This document shows positions 39,101 through 46,711 of a stretch of 58,474 nucleotides of DNA, one piece after another. The notes under the pieces are model-generated. The model had not been told where the DNA came from and made no database searches. It worked only from the letters and a program-made list of their open reading frames with translations. Origin of the DNA: a virus (Duplodnaviria; Caudoviricetes). Positions within the stretch are counted from its first letter, which is position 1. The number at the start of each line of letters is the position of its first letter. A program made the translations under genes and the position numbers. Location of the stretch: IMG/VR virus record IMGVR_UViG_3300032083_001532, positions 1 through 58,474 of that record; one strand, written 5' to 3'.

Positions 39101-42100
39101 ACATTGAGATTGTCTTTGAGGGCGTTGGTCGGAATGAAGATGTCGCATCAAAATCGGCACAGCTATGGTACTATGATGCCATCACAGCAGGCAAAGGAGA
39201 GATGGATGCCACAGAAAGATACCTCCGGGGGCAGTTCTTCCCCGAAGAATTCGAGGTCACAGTCGGGGAAGACGGCTCTGTCGAAGCGCCGTTCGCCAAT
39301 GAGCCACACGCAGCATGGAGAAGGCCGGTCGCGCACGCCATACTCCGACGACTGGCAGTGGATGACGGAACATGGGGCAGAAACCTCTCCGACGCAGATC
39401 GTGCTGGGGTTCAGAAAAATCTGAACAAGATTTTCACCGAAGAAGCTATGCCTTTTGAACATCAAAAGGATAGCAAGCTTCGGAACGTTGCTGAATACAA
39501 CGCACAGTTTGCCAGCCAATCAGATCGCTTGGCTGACCTGCGCAAGTGGTCAAAGGTTGAAGACCTAAAGACCCTGCGGGAAGAACTGGAAATAGACCCT
39601 GACACAAAGCGGTTCTATTCACAGCCTTACGACGACAACCTGACCGAAGAGATGAATGCCGTGATGAACAAGCATTCCCCTCATCGTAAGCAGGCCACAG
39701 TCGGGCAAAGCATTCTTGATAGCTTACAGCAAAGGGGTGATTGGCTTACCGCCCTGCGTCAAAAGTTCATAGACAAGTACGACAAGATCGCCAAGAACAG
39801 CCAGCTTATTGCCCAGATGATGGGCGACGAAAAGATGTTGTACGCTGATAGCTCCGCAGCAGCAGCAGCTTACCTGTCTGATCGCGCCCGTGGCATCTTT
39901 GCTTCGGTGATCAAGGCTGGCGTACCCACTTATATAAATGGCGGGTTCAAGGTCGTTACGGAAATCGGTGGCCAGAAAGTCGGGGGTCTACTTGATATTC
40001 TGCAACCCCTTTACCAGAACGGATATAACACCAACCTTGTCCGGCAGTGGCAGACATATGGTATTGCACGTCGTGAGCAACAAATCCTGATAGATCAGGC
40101 GGCGGACCCTGACTACAAACCTGACTACGTTTTCCAGATGAGCAATGCCGAGCGCACAGCGGCACTCAATATTGCCAACGCCTACCCGGAAGTTCAGGTG
40201 GTGTTTGAAGCCTACAATGAATGGAACGGGCACACCGTCAAGTTCATGCGGGACACCGGTGTTATTGATGATGCCGCAGCAGATGAATGGATGCGTGGCT
40301 CATCATACATCCCGTTCTACCGGGAACTGGACGGAGAAGGTCCGCAAGGCCCCGTTGGCGTGCTTAGTGGTCTGGCAGACATTCCTACTCCGCGCAAACT
40401 AAAAGGCTCCACCGAGCGCCGTGTTGGCGACCCCATTGAGAACCTTGCCCGTAACGCTCAGGCGGCTATCACAGCAGGCATGAAGAATGTTGCTATGCAG
40501 AGGGCAATGCGTGACGCATACACGCTAGGGCAGGCTCGCAACCTGACGGCGGCAGTTGAAGCTGGTGAAATCTCCCGCGAACAGATGGAGAAGGACAGCA
40601 CCCACACCTACCGGCAGGACGGCAAGACGATCAACGTAGCAATATATGACCCGCTATTATTTGATGCAGTCAGTTCGGTTCATGAAGGTCGGCTCCCCGG
40701 CTGGGCTTCTATTCTGGCGGCACCATCAACCCTGTTGCGGGAAACGGTTACCCGTGATCCCGGCTTCATGCTGGCCAACATGCTTCGTGATACAGCCTCT
40801 GTCTGGGTCACGTCCGGTGCCAACATCACTCCGGTGGTTTCCACACTTAATAACTTTGTTCGGGAGAGCAAAGACTTCTTGGCTGGAAAGCAGGATGAAA
40901 ACCCGCTTGCGCTGGGCGGTGTTATTGGTGGTTATGACTTTTCTCAAGACCCCAAGAACATCAAGAAATGGATGGAACGGACCATGCGTGAGAAGGGCAT
41001 GTCCAAGAAAACCAACTGGGACTATTTCCGTCTTGTGTGGGATAAGGCAGGCGACCTAACTACAGCATCTGACGCAGCTACACGCATGGCTGTCTACAAC
41101 GATGTCCTCAAGGACACGGGCAACGAATACCAAGCCATGTATCAGGCGCTGGAAGTAATCAACTTCTCCCGGCGCGGATCGTCCCCCGTCATGCGGGTGA
41201 TGACTGCCATGATCCCGTTCCTGAACGCACGTATCCAAGGTCTGGATGTGCTGGCGCGGGCCATGGCTGGCACCTATTCAGCAAAAGATGTAAACAACCG
41301 GTCGGCTGCGACCATGCGCTTCCTGCTTCGTGGTGCCACCCTGACGGGCTTGTCTCTAGCATACTATGCGCTGATGTATGACGATGATGACTACCTGTCC
41401 AAGGGCATGGCCGAACGTGACGATCACTGGATTGTCCCTGTCGGTGAGGGTTTGCCCCCGGTCATGATCCCCATCCCGTTTGAAGTGGGCTTTATGTTCA
41501 AGGTTATCCCAGAGCGTCTTGCCGCCATGTTCGCAGGTGAAGACCTGCCACGCGATGTGTCCGCATCAATCCTTCGCGGGATTGGCACTACGCTTGAAAT
41601 GAACCCGGTGCCGCAGTTTGCCATGCCAGTGCTGGAAGCCACGATGAACTATTCTTTCTTCAAGCAGAAAGACATCGTGCCCTATTACATGGAGAACCTT
41701 GACCCGACCCTTGAAGCTCGCACCACCACGTCTGACACAGCCCGTCGCCTAGCCATGGGGGTGGATGCGGTGGCTCGTGGGCTTGGCCTTGCCAGCCCCG
41801 GTGAAGAAGCCGGTATGCTGGAGAGCTTCCGGTCGCCGCTCAAGATGGAGCAGATCATCAAGGGCTATACCGGCACCATCGGGACATACATTCTTGAAAC
41901 AACAGACGCGCTTGTGCGTATGGTTGAAGGTGCCCCCGAGCGTCCGGGCCGCAGGCTTGATCAGCAGCCCATCCTGAAAAGGTTCTTGTCTGCAAACACT
42001 GGCTCTGGCCAGTTGGAACAGTTTTATGAAATGCGTTCAGCAGTAAGGGAAGTGGCTGGAAGCATTCGTGAGCTTGAGGCGCGTGGTCGGTTTGATGATA

Positions 42101-42357
42101 TGGCTGAATATTACCAGACCTATGGCTGGCTGTTGCAGATGGACAATGCGCTGTCCAATATCGACGATACGCTGGGCAAATATCGAGACCTCATTGAGCT
42201 AATCTTCCGCGATCCAAACATGAGCGCGGAGGAAAAAGAAGGGTATCTTGAAGATATCATATCCGCCCGTTCAGAGGTTGTTAGCGTTGTCCCTGAACTG
42301 CGCAAGTTCCTTTACAAAGACATGAAGGAAGAATGGAAAAAATCCATGAACCCCTAG
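33139..42357 (+). CDS. giant polyvalent internal virion protein (HExxH peptidase, NUDIX, kinase-like, probable ADP-ribosyltransferase, LPD38-like)
   Basis: ~3070 aa; HEYTH at 35635; NUDIX box G.....LTLQQNARKEVYEETGL at ~36475; YIK...E...WD....DNML...IDQG kinase-like at ~37015-37690; LFR/SMS/EAE at ~37950-38155; IPIPFEVG...NPVP...NYSFF...IVP...SP...IKGYTG LPD38-like C-terminus. Confidence 0.85.
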   Translation: MANVIRVNAPDKSYDFKIAGDKPTEEEYQRMDAFLMDRYPDYQGRPPEPDLLDYPGEFFTAIGRGALDMGATTLRGMGAEELSDDLREFTAKNLARDPSFEDSTAITLGEGLGSTIPFLATATAPGRLAKVGLGFGLGGFAGSGEQAERIEAYEERTGEDVPKWKEYLSRSLGFGVGLTEMLPPFRILKGIPRNIPNSAKEFVGQSIMDVIKGGGEEGLQEAASGLLQDFIEAGIYNPDLNVGESMWEEFTLGAGVGGILTGAVNTYALPGRIRKARQQERDLRAGEQKEQEKVQVLTEAQIDAANAPNVLQPDMQMQPNESPGDFARRQMEAEYGPAPKNVPNVQYNPLQRQDGFWEILNDNGVAMGAPARTEAEAKERIDVYSQFAYQARVAEELANVTGGADSTTGQPTTATAGDIHQMLDEKNIKWDEDPDFMAFTKTITGKERLDDLTSYELGNLKNTLAPLPTQPSLRSFGDVQNDFRQNSEGTDGDAAKYSLPDIDPATVQPGQTVTLFDPMGTPVDVQAEAVSEAGSIIYTHPETGESNIADASEFGTKDPTSPLFVIESMPKKPEVREIPDNTLAWLDRRLSEKIDAHLNADRDAVSSEIFHFMRQQNAVRAEKSRRETSADSIEARSMNEQARSTERVPPTVEDTENAVERSADTNSEQMDQRHPEKKDEPSGPAVPEEAQREVEGIPAPDEKDAVPPEQRKRQKMKKGKPAKNAGKQTPEPVEVPEPEVRPEQEVATPMVRFNEDFEADTVKLEKEFQEKLNKLGASSVMVRLAKTLFTNKSGTRGAHGVFANKLIGLSLGHTDPNASYDKKMEALTPHFYHEYTHWLRTNDKFKPSEWRGLVAYSKRNKMPGQNLSIYEAARKVYTDGGTDLRRDSKARDRVEEEAVAKIFELATAGTIKLNGGPKAQHKEVMGFIEKLGDTLRGRNRNSVQSIFERFNAGQIAARPDKIRTFQALRRHGYPPISKPPSDAADEERRREEGRDVKTVRESNLTDKAKYSFDYMFEPDEAQPTMAFSGSDEDLNVDELPRELNGWSLEKIAPGDKEWAAYEDTPIMNEPPLPDLDGKTLSTGMVMIEPDGRVWITEPTNHFGGYEHTFPKGGMAEGLTLQQNARKEVYEETGLLARAASWLGDYEGDKSVTRYYIGMRHSGSPLDHGLETQSVKLVDFKELDSFLNKKRDKNISGDIFSLMNYGDSTLNATYNNFYGKDVNTFQPFDETMDAGDLEDLFNSALGAVTKDSEPQNTEPSVINAHHNVLADGDPLTGAPTNIFEYEMFNPTQRGSNLGATFTDSQGNRFYIKAYENPEQARQEVVASRLYQAAGIPAPRAFLVSTLDPNTADPFVFPGGMAPSETAVATRWVEGYSQNSTVLQNQTASLTDVHDGFVVDAWLGNWDVVGLDFDNMLVGEEAGAVIRIDQGGTLQFRAQGGSKPFTDEVLELDTMRDPQMAPQATRVFEGVTDEDLRTGAQRIMAIPDDVIYDIVNQAGADPSLVDTLIARKAYIADKVGVIKNSGVIVPDLGANVISFGDLKEIGMDWKASHREAFDAWEGNIQGPGNARAMDAWIKNNSETWQASLDFIHSRLRKLAPSGKIFLFRDPGGWGSYSGPDRAGMNWRFSEEHPYMSMSINHKFGSSGITGRFAATVDIEDTIGVTAGAWADEAEITVKRSGIEQTPFVTILNGDYGSAIVNPQSAKAALAGAAKTAQEIPGIAYPVYEGGAKYDQPSLVHQEETYQSHSDYGRNFQHYTGSMLTANFGGAVMQRAINDVVADGIAGARAENMPFFMAMERIADKDIDAFYKEHGRLPDFVRPGVDISLRPARIQGKKGMNEQASQGEMNRTLSRLLAGAGREVEVALFNQNDGSSLKTNAARIMWTPETQMEVKNLANAKSLEEFSEEVQKRQYEMHRKMSGLVRSIVSSKVTVQIPANITGKQISEFWRIAEEVGSAKEDVKQADEAFPVATKNNPFTYLEQQVGDKPYIEIVFEGVGRNEDVASKSAQLWYYDAITAGKGEMDATERYLRGQFFPEEFEVTVGEDGSVEAPFANEPHAAWRRPVAHAILRRLAVDDGTWGRNLSDADRAGVQKNLNKIFTEEAMPFEHQKDSKLRNVAEYNAQFASQSDRLADLRKWSKVEDLKTLREELEIDPDTKRFYSQPYDDNLTEEMNAVMNKHSPHRKQATVGQSILDSLQQRGDWLTALRQKFIDKYDKIAKNSQLIAQMMGDEKMLYADSSAAAAAYLSDRARGIFASVIKAGVPTYINGGFKVVTEIGGQKVGGLLDILQPLYQNGYNTNLVRQWQTYGIARREQQILIDQAADPDYKPDYVFQMSNAERTAALNIANAYPEVQVVFEAYNEWNGHTVKFMRDTGVIDDAAADEWMRGSSYIPFYRELDGEGPQGPVGVLSGLADIPTPRKLKGSTERRVGDPIENLARNAQAAITAGMKNVAMQRAMRDAYTLGQARNLTAAVEAGEISREQMEKDSTHTYRQDGKTINVAIYDPLLFDAVSSVHEGRLPGWASILAAPSTLLRETVTRDPGFMLANMLRDTASVWVTSGANITPVVSTLNNFVRESKDFLAGKQDENPLALGGVIGGYDFSQDPKNIKKWMERTMREKGMSKKTNWDYFRLVWDKAGDLTTASDAATRMAVYNDVLKDTGNEYQAMYQALEVINFSRRGSSPVMRVMTAMIPFLNARIQGLDVLARAMAGTYSAKDVNNRSAATMRFLLRGATLTGLSLAYYALMYDDDDYLSKGMAERDDHWIVPVGEGLPPVMIPIPFEVGFMFKVIPERLAAMFAGEDLPRDVSASILRGIGTTLEMNPVPQFAMPVLEATMNYSFFKQKDIVPYYMENLDPTLEARTTTSDTARRLAMGVDAVARGLGLASPGEEAGMLESFRSPLKMEQIIKGYTGTIGTYILETTDALVRMVEGAPERPGRRLDQQPILKRFLSANTGSGQLEQFYEMRSAVREVAGSIRELEARGRFDDMAEYYQTYGWLLQMDNALSNIDDTLGKYRDLIELIFRDPNMSAEEKEGYLEDIISARSEVVSVVPELRKFLYKDMKEEWKKSMNP

Positions 42358-42367
42358 ACCGGAACGC

Positions 42368-42871
42368 CTAAAAGGCGTATCCGTGTTCTTCTGAAAAGGC
42401 TCCACGCAACTCAACAAACCTCTTCCTTACATCGGCATCAGTGGCGATTTCACGCCTGCTCTCCGCGCCAATCAATTGAAGCATCGCTTCCTTGGCGGCA
42501 TCCTCACCCAACTCATCACAGTATCCCTTGCTGTTCAGCCAGACTTGGAACTCTTCGTTCTTGCACAGCATTGCCGCTGACGTAACAAGCTTCTGCCCCT
42601 CTGACTTGGGGGCAGACGTGTTGCCCATGTGGTTGCGTCGGTCGTATGGCCTGCCCTCATCATCCATTCGCACCATTGCGACTTGGTACCGGGCACCCAC
42701 ATAGTCCCTGAACAAATCTTCTGGAACATCGTCAGGATGAATGGCCAATGTCAAATTGTGACCATCCTTAGTTTGCCGGATGGCTGTCTTGATCGCCTCA
42801 AACGTCAGCGCCTTTGACCGCACATCATCTTCATCATGCTCTACGAAATCCCAAGGGTTTTCATTGCTCAT
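42368..42871 (-). CDS. conserved hypothetical phage protein
   Basis: FEA.K.A..Q.KDG..L.L.IHPDD.P....RD.VGARY...MV pattern. Confidence 0.7.
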   Translation of the reverse strand: MSNENPWDFVEHDEDDVRSKALTFEAIKTAIRQTKDGHNLTLAIHPDDVPEDLFRDYVGARYQVAMVRMDDEGRPYDRRNHMGNTSAPKSEGQKLVTSAAMLCKNEEFQVWLNSKGYCDELGEDAAKEAMLQLIGAESRREIATDADVRKRFVELRGAFSEEHGYAF

Positions 42872-43154
42872 GTCTTATTTCCTTCCATCTTTTGTATGCT
42901 TCCCTACACCATTCGGCAGCATCTTTTCCTTGCAGCGCCCAGAACGTTCCTTCTCTCCCAGAATAGCGAAGGTGGATCGTTTCGTGGCATGGCTGGCATA
43001 TCGGCACCACCCACTGGTCTCCTGCGCGTAGCCCCATACCCCGTGTATTCGGTATGAAAGTCAGGTGATGGGCTTGACCGCCGCCACGCCCACAAGACAG
43101 GCAGCGCATACCCCTCACTTTTATCAACCAATTTTTGTCTTGGTATCGTGCCAT
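42861..43154 (-). CDS. DUF968/Ref-like HNH nuclease
   Basis: CLSCG...AHHL.......GMG....D.WVVPIC..CH..IH. Confidence 0.7.
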   Translation of the reverse strand: MARYQDKNWLIKVRGMRCLSCGRGGGQAHHLTFIPNTRGMGLRAGDQWVVPICQPCHETIHLRYSGREGTFWALQGKDAAEWCREAYKRWKEIRHEQ

Positions 43155-43206
43155 ATCTACGTTATATTGACGCTATTGAAAGACGCCCCAGATTGTCTTT
43201 CTTGTT

Positions 43207-43258
43207 AGCGGGGTGGTGTTTGGGTTCCCTTCCAGTGACACCGCCCCGCTCTTTTTTT
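43207..43258 (+). terminator. + strand hairpin-terminator with a 16-nt loop antisense to the early-gene RBS motif (possible sRNA)
   Basis: 14-bp stem AGCGGGGTGGTGTT/GACACCGCCCCGCT with two G.U pairs (favouring + strand folding), loop TGGGTTCCCTTCCAGT, then C-T7. Confidence 0.7.
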
Positions 43259-43325
43259 GATCAGGGGCTTCGTCTCATTTGATTGTTACCCTGCTCCGCA
43301 CCTTACGGAAAGCAGCAGGCAGGGG

Positions 43326-43667
43326 TCAATCAAAAGGGATTTCATCGTCCAGATCAGGATCAAACCCACCAGCATCACCGAGCGAAAAGTCTTCGCCCCC
43401 GCCACCGTTGCGGGAGTTTTCGTATTCTTTCCTTTCGGTCTCACTCTGGACGTTGATGGCAAGCCCAACATAGGGTGTGCCCTTCTTGGACTTGTTCTTC
43501 CACCCGGACACCCGGATTTCATAGTCTTCACCCTTTTTGACAAGACCAATAATCTTTTTCAGGTCGTCCATTGATAGCGTGATGTTCCCTGAAAAGTCAG
43601 GCGACTTGTCGCTACGTCGGTTTTGCGGGATGAAAAGCGCCCCACCAGATTTATCATCATAAGCCAT
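43326..43667 (-). CDS. single-stranded DNA-binding protein (DUF736-like)
   Basis: GALF......KSPDFSG.I, VSGW...SKKG..Y, acidic tail ending DDEIPFD. Confidence 0.75.
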   Translation of the reverse strand: MAYDDKSGGALFIPQNRRSDKSPDFSGNITLSMDDLKKIIGLVKKGEDYEIRVSGWKNKSKKGTPYVGLAINVQSETERKEYENSRNGGGGEDFSLGDAGGFDPDLDDEIPFD

Positions 43668-43688
43668 TTGTCTTTCCTTTCTTGGCTA

Positions 43689-44510
43689 TTACGCCGCCTC
43701 TTCAAGTGAGGCGGTTCGTTCTTTGAACATGTTTGTGATTTCTTCAAGCAACGAGCTATTGCTTTCGGAGTAATATTCAAGGCGTGCCTTGTTGTCCTTC
43801 CAAATTTGACGAAGGTCAGCCTTGTTATCAACGCCCTCAATAAAGACAGCAAAGGCTTCAAGAACATCTTCATTATCTGTGGCGCTTTTGCTGATTTCAT
43901 AACCGGCAGGCTCCGGCTCGGCCTTGTCTTCAACATCGAGTTCATCAGTAACATCAAGGTCATCAATGTTCCCAACGGGCGGCTCTTCCTTTTCCAAGGG
44001 CGGCAGGCCAAACGCATCGTCGGTTTCCTTGGCGTCATCCATGGCAAATGGATCAGGCGCTTCGGTCGTTTCCTGATGGCCTTCAAAGGCGTCATGCCCT
44101 TCCGGGTCATCACCTGTTGAAAGCTGCAACAGCTTGAGGATCATGTACTTGTTAGCCCCGGTGATCGCCTTGTACAGGCCCTTGTCCCCAACACCGTTCC
44201 TGTGCCTGTCATTCCCGGCACCACCACCACCGAAGACAACTTCACTGCCACTGGCTACATGGTGAACCTTGTATTCCATGCGGACAAAGACGTTACCAAA
44301 CTTGTCGATGGGGGTGATGTCATTGACGGAAGAAATTATGACCAGCCCATATTTAAGCATCGTCGGCCTTACAGCTTCGATAACATCGGCCTCTCCGGCG
44401 AATTTATATCCGTGGAAGTCGTTGGTTCCTTTCTTTTCAACGTGGCCTATTTCACGAGCCACATGGAGTAATGCGTCATAGACGTTTGCTGTCTGTATTT
44501 CTTCGCTCAT
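43689..44510 (-). CDS. ERF-family single-strand annealing protein
   Basis: K.G.N.FHGYKFA.E.DV...VRP.M..YGL, GDK.LYKAITGA.KY......TGDDPE. Confidence 0.85.
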   Translation of the reverse strand: MSEEIQTANVYDALLHVAREIGHVEKKGTNDFHGYKFAGEADVIEAVRPTMLKYGLVIISSVNDITPIDKFGNVFVRMEYKVHHVASGSEVVFGGGGAGNDRHRNGVGDKGLYKAITGANKYMILKLLQLSTGDDPEGHDAFEGHQETTEAPDPFAMDDAKETDDAFGLPPLEKEEPPVGNIDDLDVTDELDVEDKAEPEPAGYEISKSATDNEDVLEAFAVFIEGVDNKADLRQIWKDNKARLEYYSESNSSLLEEITNMFKERTASLEEAA

Positions 44511-44752
44511 TCTTCTCTCCAGCATCGAATGCCGCCGTCAATAACACGGGTCGTGAACCTCTTGTTGTGCTTGCGTCCGTAATAGGATGCAGCGGCCCTT
44601 AGCCGAATAGCGTCCTTTGACTGACTACTACGGCATGGCAAATCAAAGTGATCGCCCACATTCATGATGTGAAACGGCCATCGTCGCCGCCTACTGGTCT
44701 CAACAGACGGAAGTGGCACGCCACTCTTGATTTCAAATTCAGTGTCATTCAT
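44507..44752 (-). CDS. small DNA-binding protein
   Basis: FEI..GVPLP......WPF..M.VGD.F.....L..AA..YG....F.TR....GIRCWR motif common in phages. Confidence 0.7.
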   Translation of the reverse strand: MNDTEFEIKSGVPLPSVETSRRRRWPFHIMNVGDHFDLPCRSSQSKDAIRLRAAASYYGRKHNKRFTTRVIDGGIRCWREE

Positions 44753-45725
44753 CGTTTCCCTTCTCTCTTTCTGGGTATAATTCCGGGTTTTCTTTCTTGT
44801 ATTGGGCGTATTGCCCACACCACCGCGACACCCGGCAGTAATCACCATCGCAGCGTGCCGGGGTTCCCGGCCTGTGTTTCAATTCGTACTGCTGGTCCTT
44901 CATGTTTTCTTCAATCCAGTCCAGCGCCTCTTTCTCTGTTTGTGCCGCCTTTGATGGCACCTTCGCCAGAGGTCCGGCCTTTGTGTAGCGGAACACCGCC
45001 CAGTCACCAGCCCGTAGCCAACGCTCTTCATCGGAGCAGGGGGGCAGCATATCCGGTTCATCAGCATAGGTTTCGTGGTCGTTATGAACATCCATATGCA
45101 TCTTCATGCGCGTGCGTATGAAGTCGGCAGTTTCTGCCATTGGCCATTTCTTGATATCCACCATGTGGACCGCAGCCTTTGGATATGTCTTTTTGGTATC
45201 GACCCGGCTTTGTTGCCAGTCACGCAGGATCGCGCAGATGCGAAGCCTTCGCACTTTATAGTTTGTGCAGGCTTCCACCAAGGCCCCGTAAACATTCAAT
45301 TGTTTGGCCCAGTCTTCCTTGTCTTTGTCTTGGTCTGCTGAAATTATGACTGACCACACAGAGGTAAACTTGTAGTCAATGATATCAACAACCGGTGTCC
45401 CGTCATCCGCCTCACCAACGTGCTGTACATCAATGGCACCCGACAAAACATAATCACCCACTTTCATGAACAGGCGTTGTTCTGTAAGATGTTCGTTATC
45501 GCCCCCGCTTTCGAGGACGTAATGGATCGCAGACCCGAACAACATCCAGACCGCTTCGGACACGTCCTGTTCGATTTCATCGTTGTGCATACGGCGCAAC
45601 GCTTTCACCTTCGGCGCATCAATAATATCGGTCACGGATTTATCGGCGGCACCCCGGCTATATTCGCGGCGTTCAAGCGCATTGATCAGTGGCGCAGGCA
45701 AGTTGAATTTGTTCGTGAATTTCAT
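44745..45725 (-). CDS. PD-(D/E)XK exonuclease (Cas4/RecB-like)
   Basis: MK.TNK.NLP, SVT.I, G.AIH, TEQRL, LSG.ID, IDYK.TSVW, QLNVY, C...E.W, RC..YC.V..WC. Confidence 0.85.
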   Translation of the reverse strand: MKFTNKFNLPAPLINALERREYSRGAADKSVTDIIDAPKVKALRRMHNDEIEQDVSEAVWMLFGSAIHYVLESGGDNEHLTEQRLFMKVGDYVLSGAIDVQHVGEADDGTPVVDIIDYKFTSVWSVIISADQDKDKEDWAKQLNVYGALVEACTNYKVRRLRICAILRDWQQSRVDTKKTYPKAAVHMVDIKKWPMAETADFIRTRMKMHMDVHNDHETYADEPDMLPPCSDEERWLRAGDWAVFRYTKAGPLAKVPSKAAQTEKEALDWIEENMKDQQYELKHRPGTPARCDGDYCRVSRWCGQYAQYKKENPELYPEREKGNDE

Positions 45726-45766
45726 GTCGGTTCCCTTCTACTGATTGGCAATTTAACAGCAATACG

Positions 45767-46141
45767 ATGAGTGGTCAAGTGTTCGAAAAGGCGTTAGCCG
45801 AATTTGTTATCATAGGGGAGCCATGTTCAAAGGCAAACAGCCGTAAGATTGTGAAGATAAAGGGAAAAACACGATCCATAAAATCAGACAAGGCGCTGGC
45901 CTATGAGAGAGACTTCCACAGTCAGTGCCCCAACCTTGATGAGGTCATCGAAGATGATGTTTGGGTAGACATAAGGATTTGGTACGCATCACGGCGTCCT
46001 GATCTGGATGAGAGCATTATACTGGATGCCATGCAAGGTCATATTTACAAAAATGACCGGCAGGTAAAGCTCAAACTGATTGTTCACAAGGGCGTGGACA
46101 AGGTAAATCCAAGAGCAGCAATAAGAGTTGGAACCCTTTGA
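45767..46141 (+). CDS. RusA-like Holliday junction resolvase
   Basis: GEP.SKANSR, SRRPDLDES.ILD.MQG.IY.NDRQV, DK.NPRA. Confidence 0.85.
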   Translation: MSGQVFEKALAEFVIIGEPCSKANSRKIVKIKGKTRSIKSDKALAYERDFHSQCPNLDEVIEDDVWVDIRIWYASRRPDLDESIILDAMQGHIYKNDRQVKLKLIVHKGVDKVNPRAAIRVGTL

Positions 46142-46142
46142 A

Positions 46143-46382
46143 ATGAAAGAACTATATCGGTCCATCATCAAGCAGGCAGCAAAAGACCTTTGCGGCAAAA
46201 ACGACAAAGACAGAATGGAGGTTGTTCGGTGGATGACCGGAGAGGATTTTGAGGAAACCTGCGTTGGTGCCGACGTAAAACCTGAACTGCTGAAAAAGTT
46301 TTTTGTGGCTATGGTGAAGGTGCCGTTGGATGAACGGAAGAGTTATTCCCAGTCACTAATCAGCGTTTTGGATGCATCGTAA
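46143..46382 (+). CDS. hypothetical protein
   Basis: LYRSII.QA..D...W...DFEE.C..A pattern; follows RusA. Confidence 0.6.
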   Translation: MKELYRSIIKQAAKDLCGKNDKDRMEVVRWMTGEDFEETCVGADVKPELLKKFFVAMVKVPLDERKSYSQSLISVLDAS

Positions 46383-46590
46383 CCCCGCCCGAAAAAAAAT
46401 CGGGCGGGTTATATATATAATAATATTATTATCTCTTACTGTAGATGATAATAATCTCTATCAGACTGTATTTATTATAAGCCCTTCACTTTATGTGAAG
46501 GGCTAATATAAGATATCTCATACTGTAGTTATCCCCATACTATATAATCTACTGTTATATATATAATAATATTATTTATATAACACGCGT
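46381..46590 (+). other. AT-rich putative replication origin
   Basis: extremely AT-rich island with 23-bp direct repeat GTTATATATATAATAATATTATT (46408-46430, 46554-46576), central inverted repeat AGCCCTTCAC/GTGAAGGGCT (46480-46504), repeated ACTGTA, GC hairpin at 46384-46408; just upstream of primase-helicase. Confidence 0.55.
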
Positions 46591-46711
46591 GCGTAGCAAA
46601 AATCGGGCCAAAAATAATTGCGGCACTACCTCAATTTTTCCTTGCAACGGACAGGCCCCTAGTGACAGGATCGCAGATGCGGCTTGGACTGATTAACTGG
46701 AAGGGAAAAAC

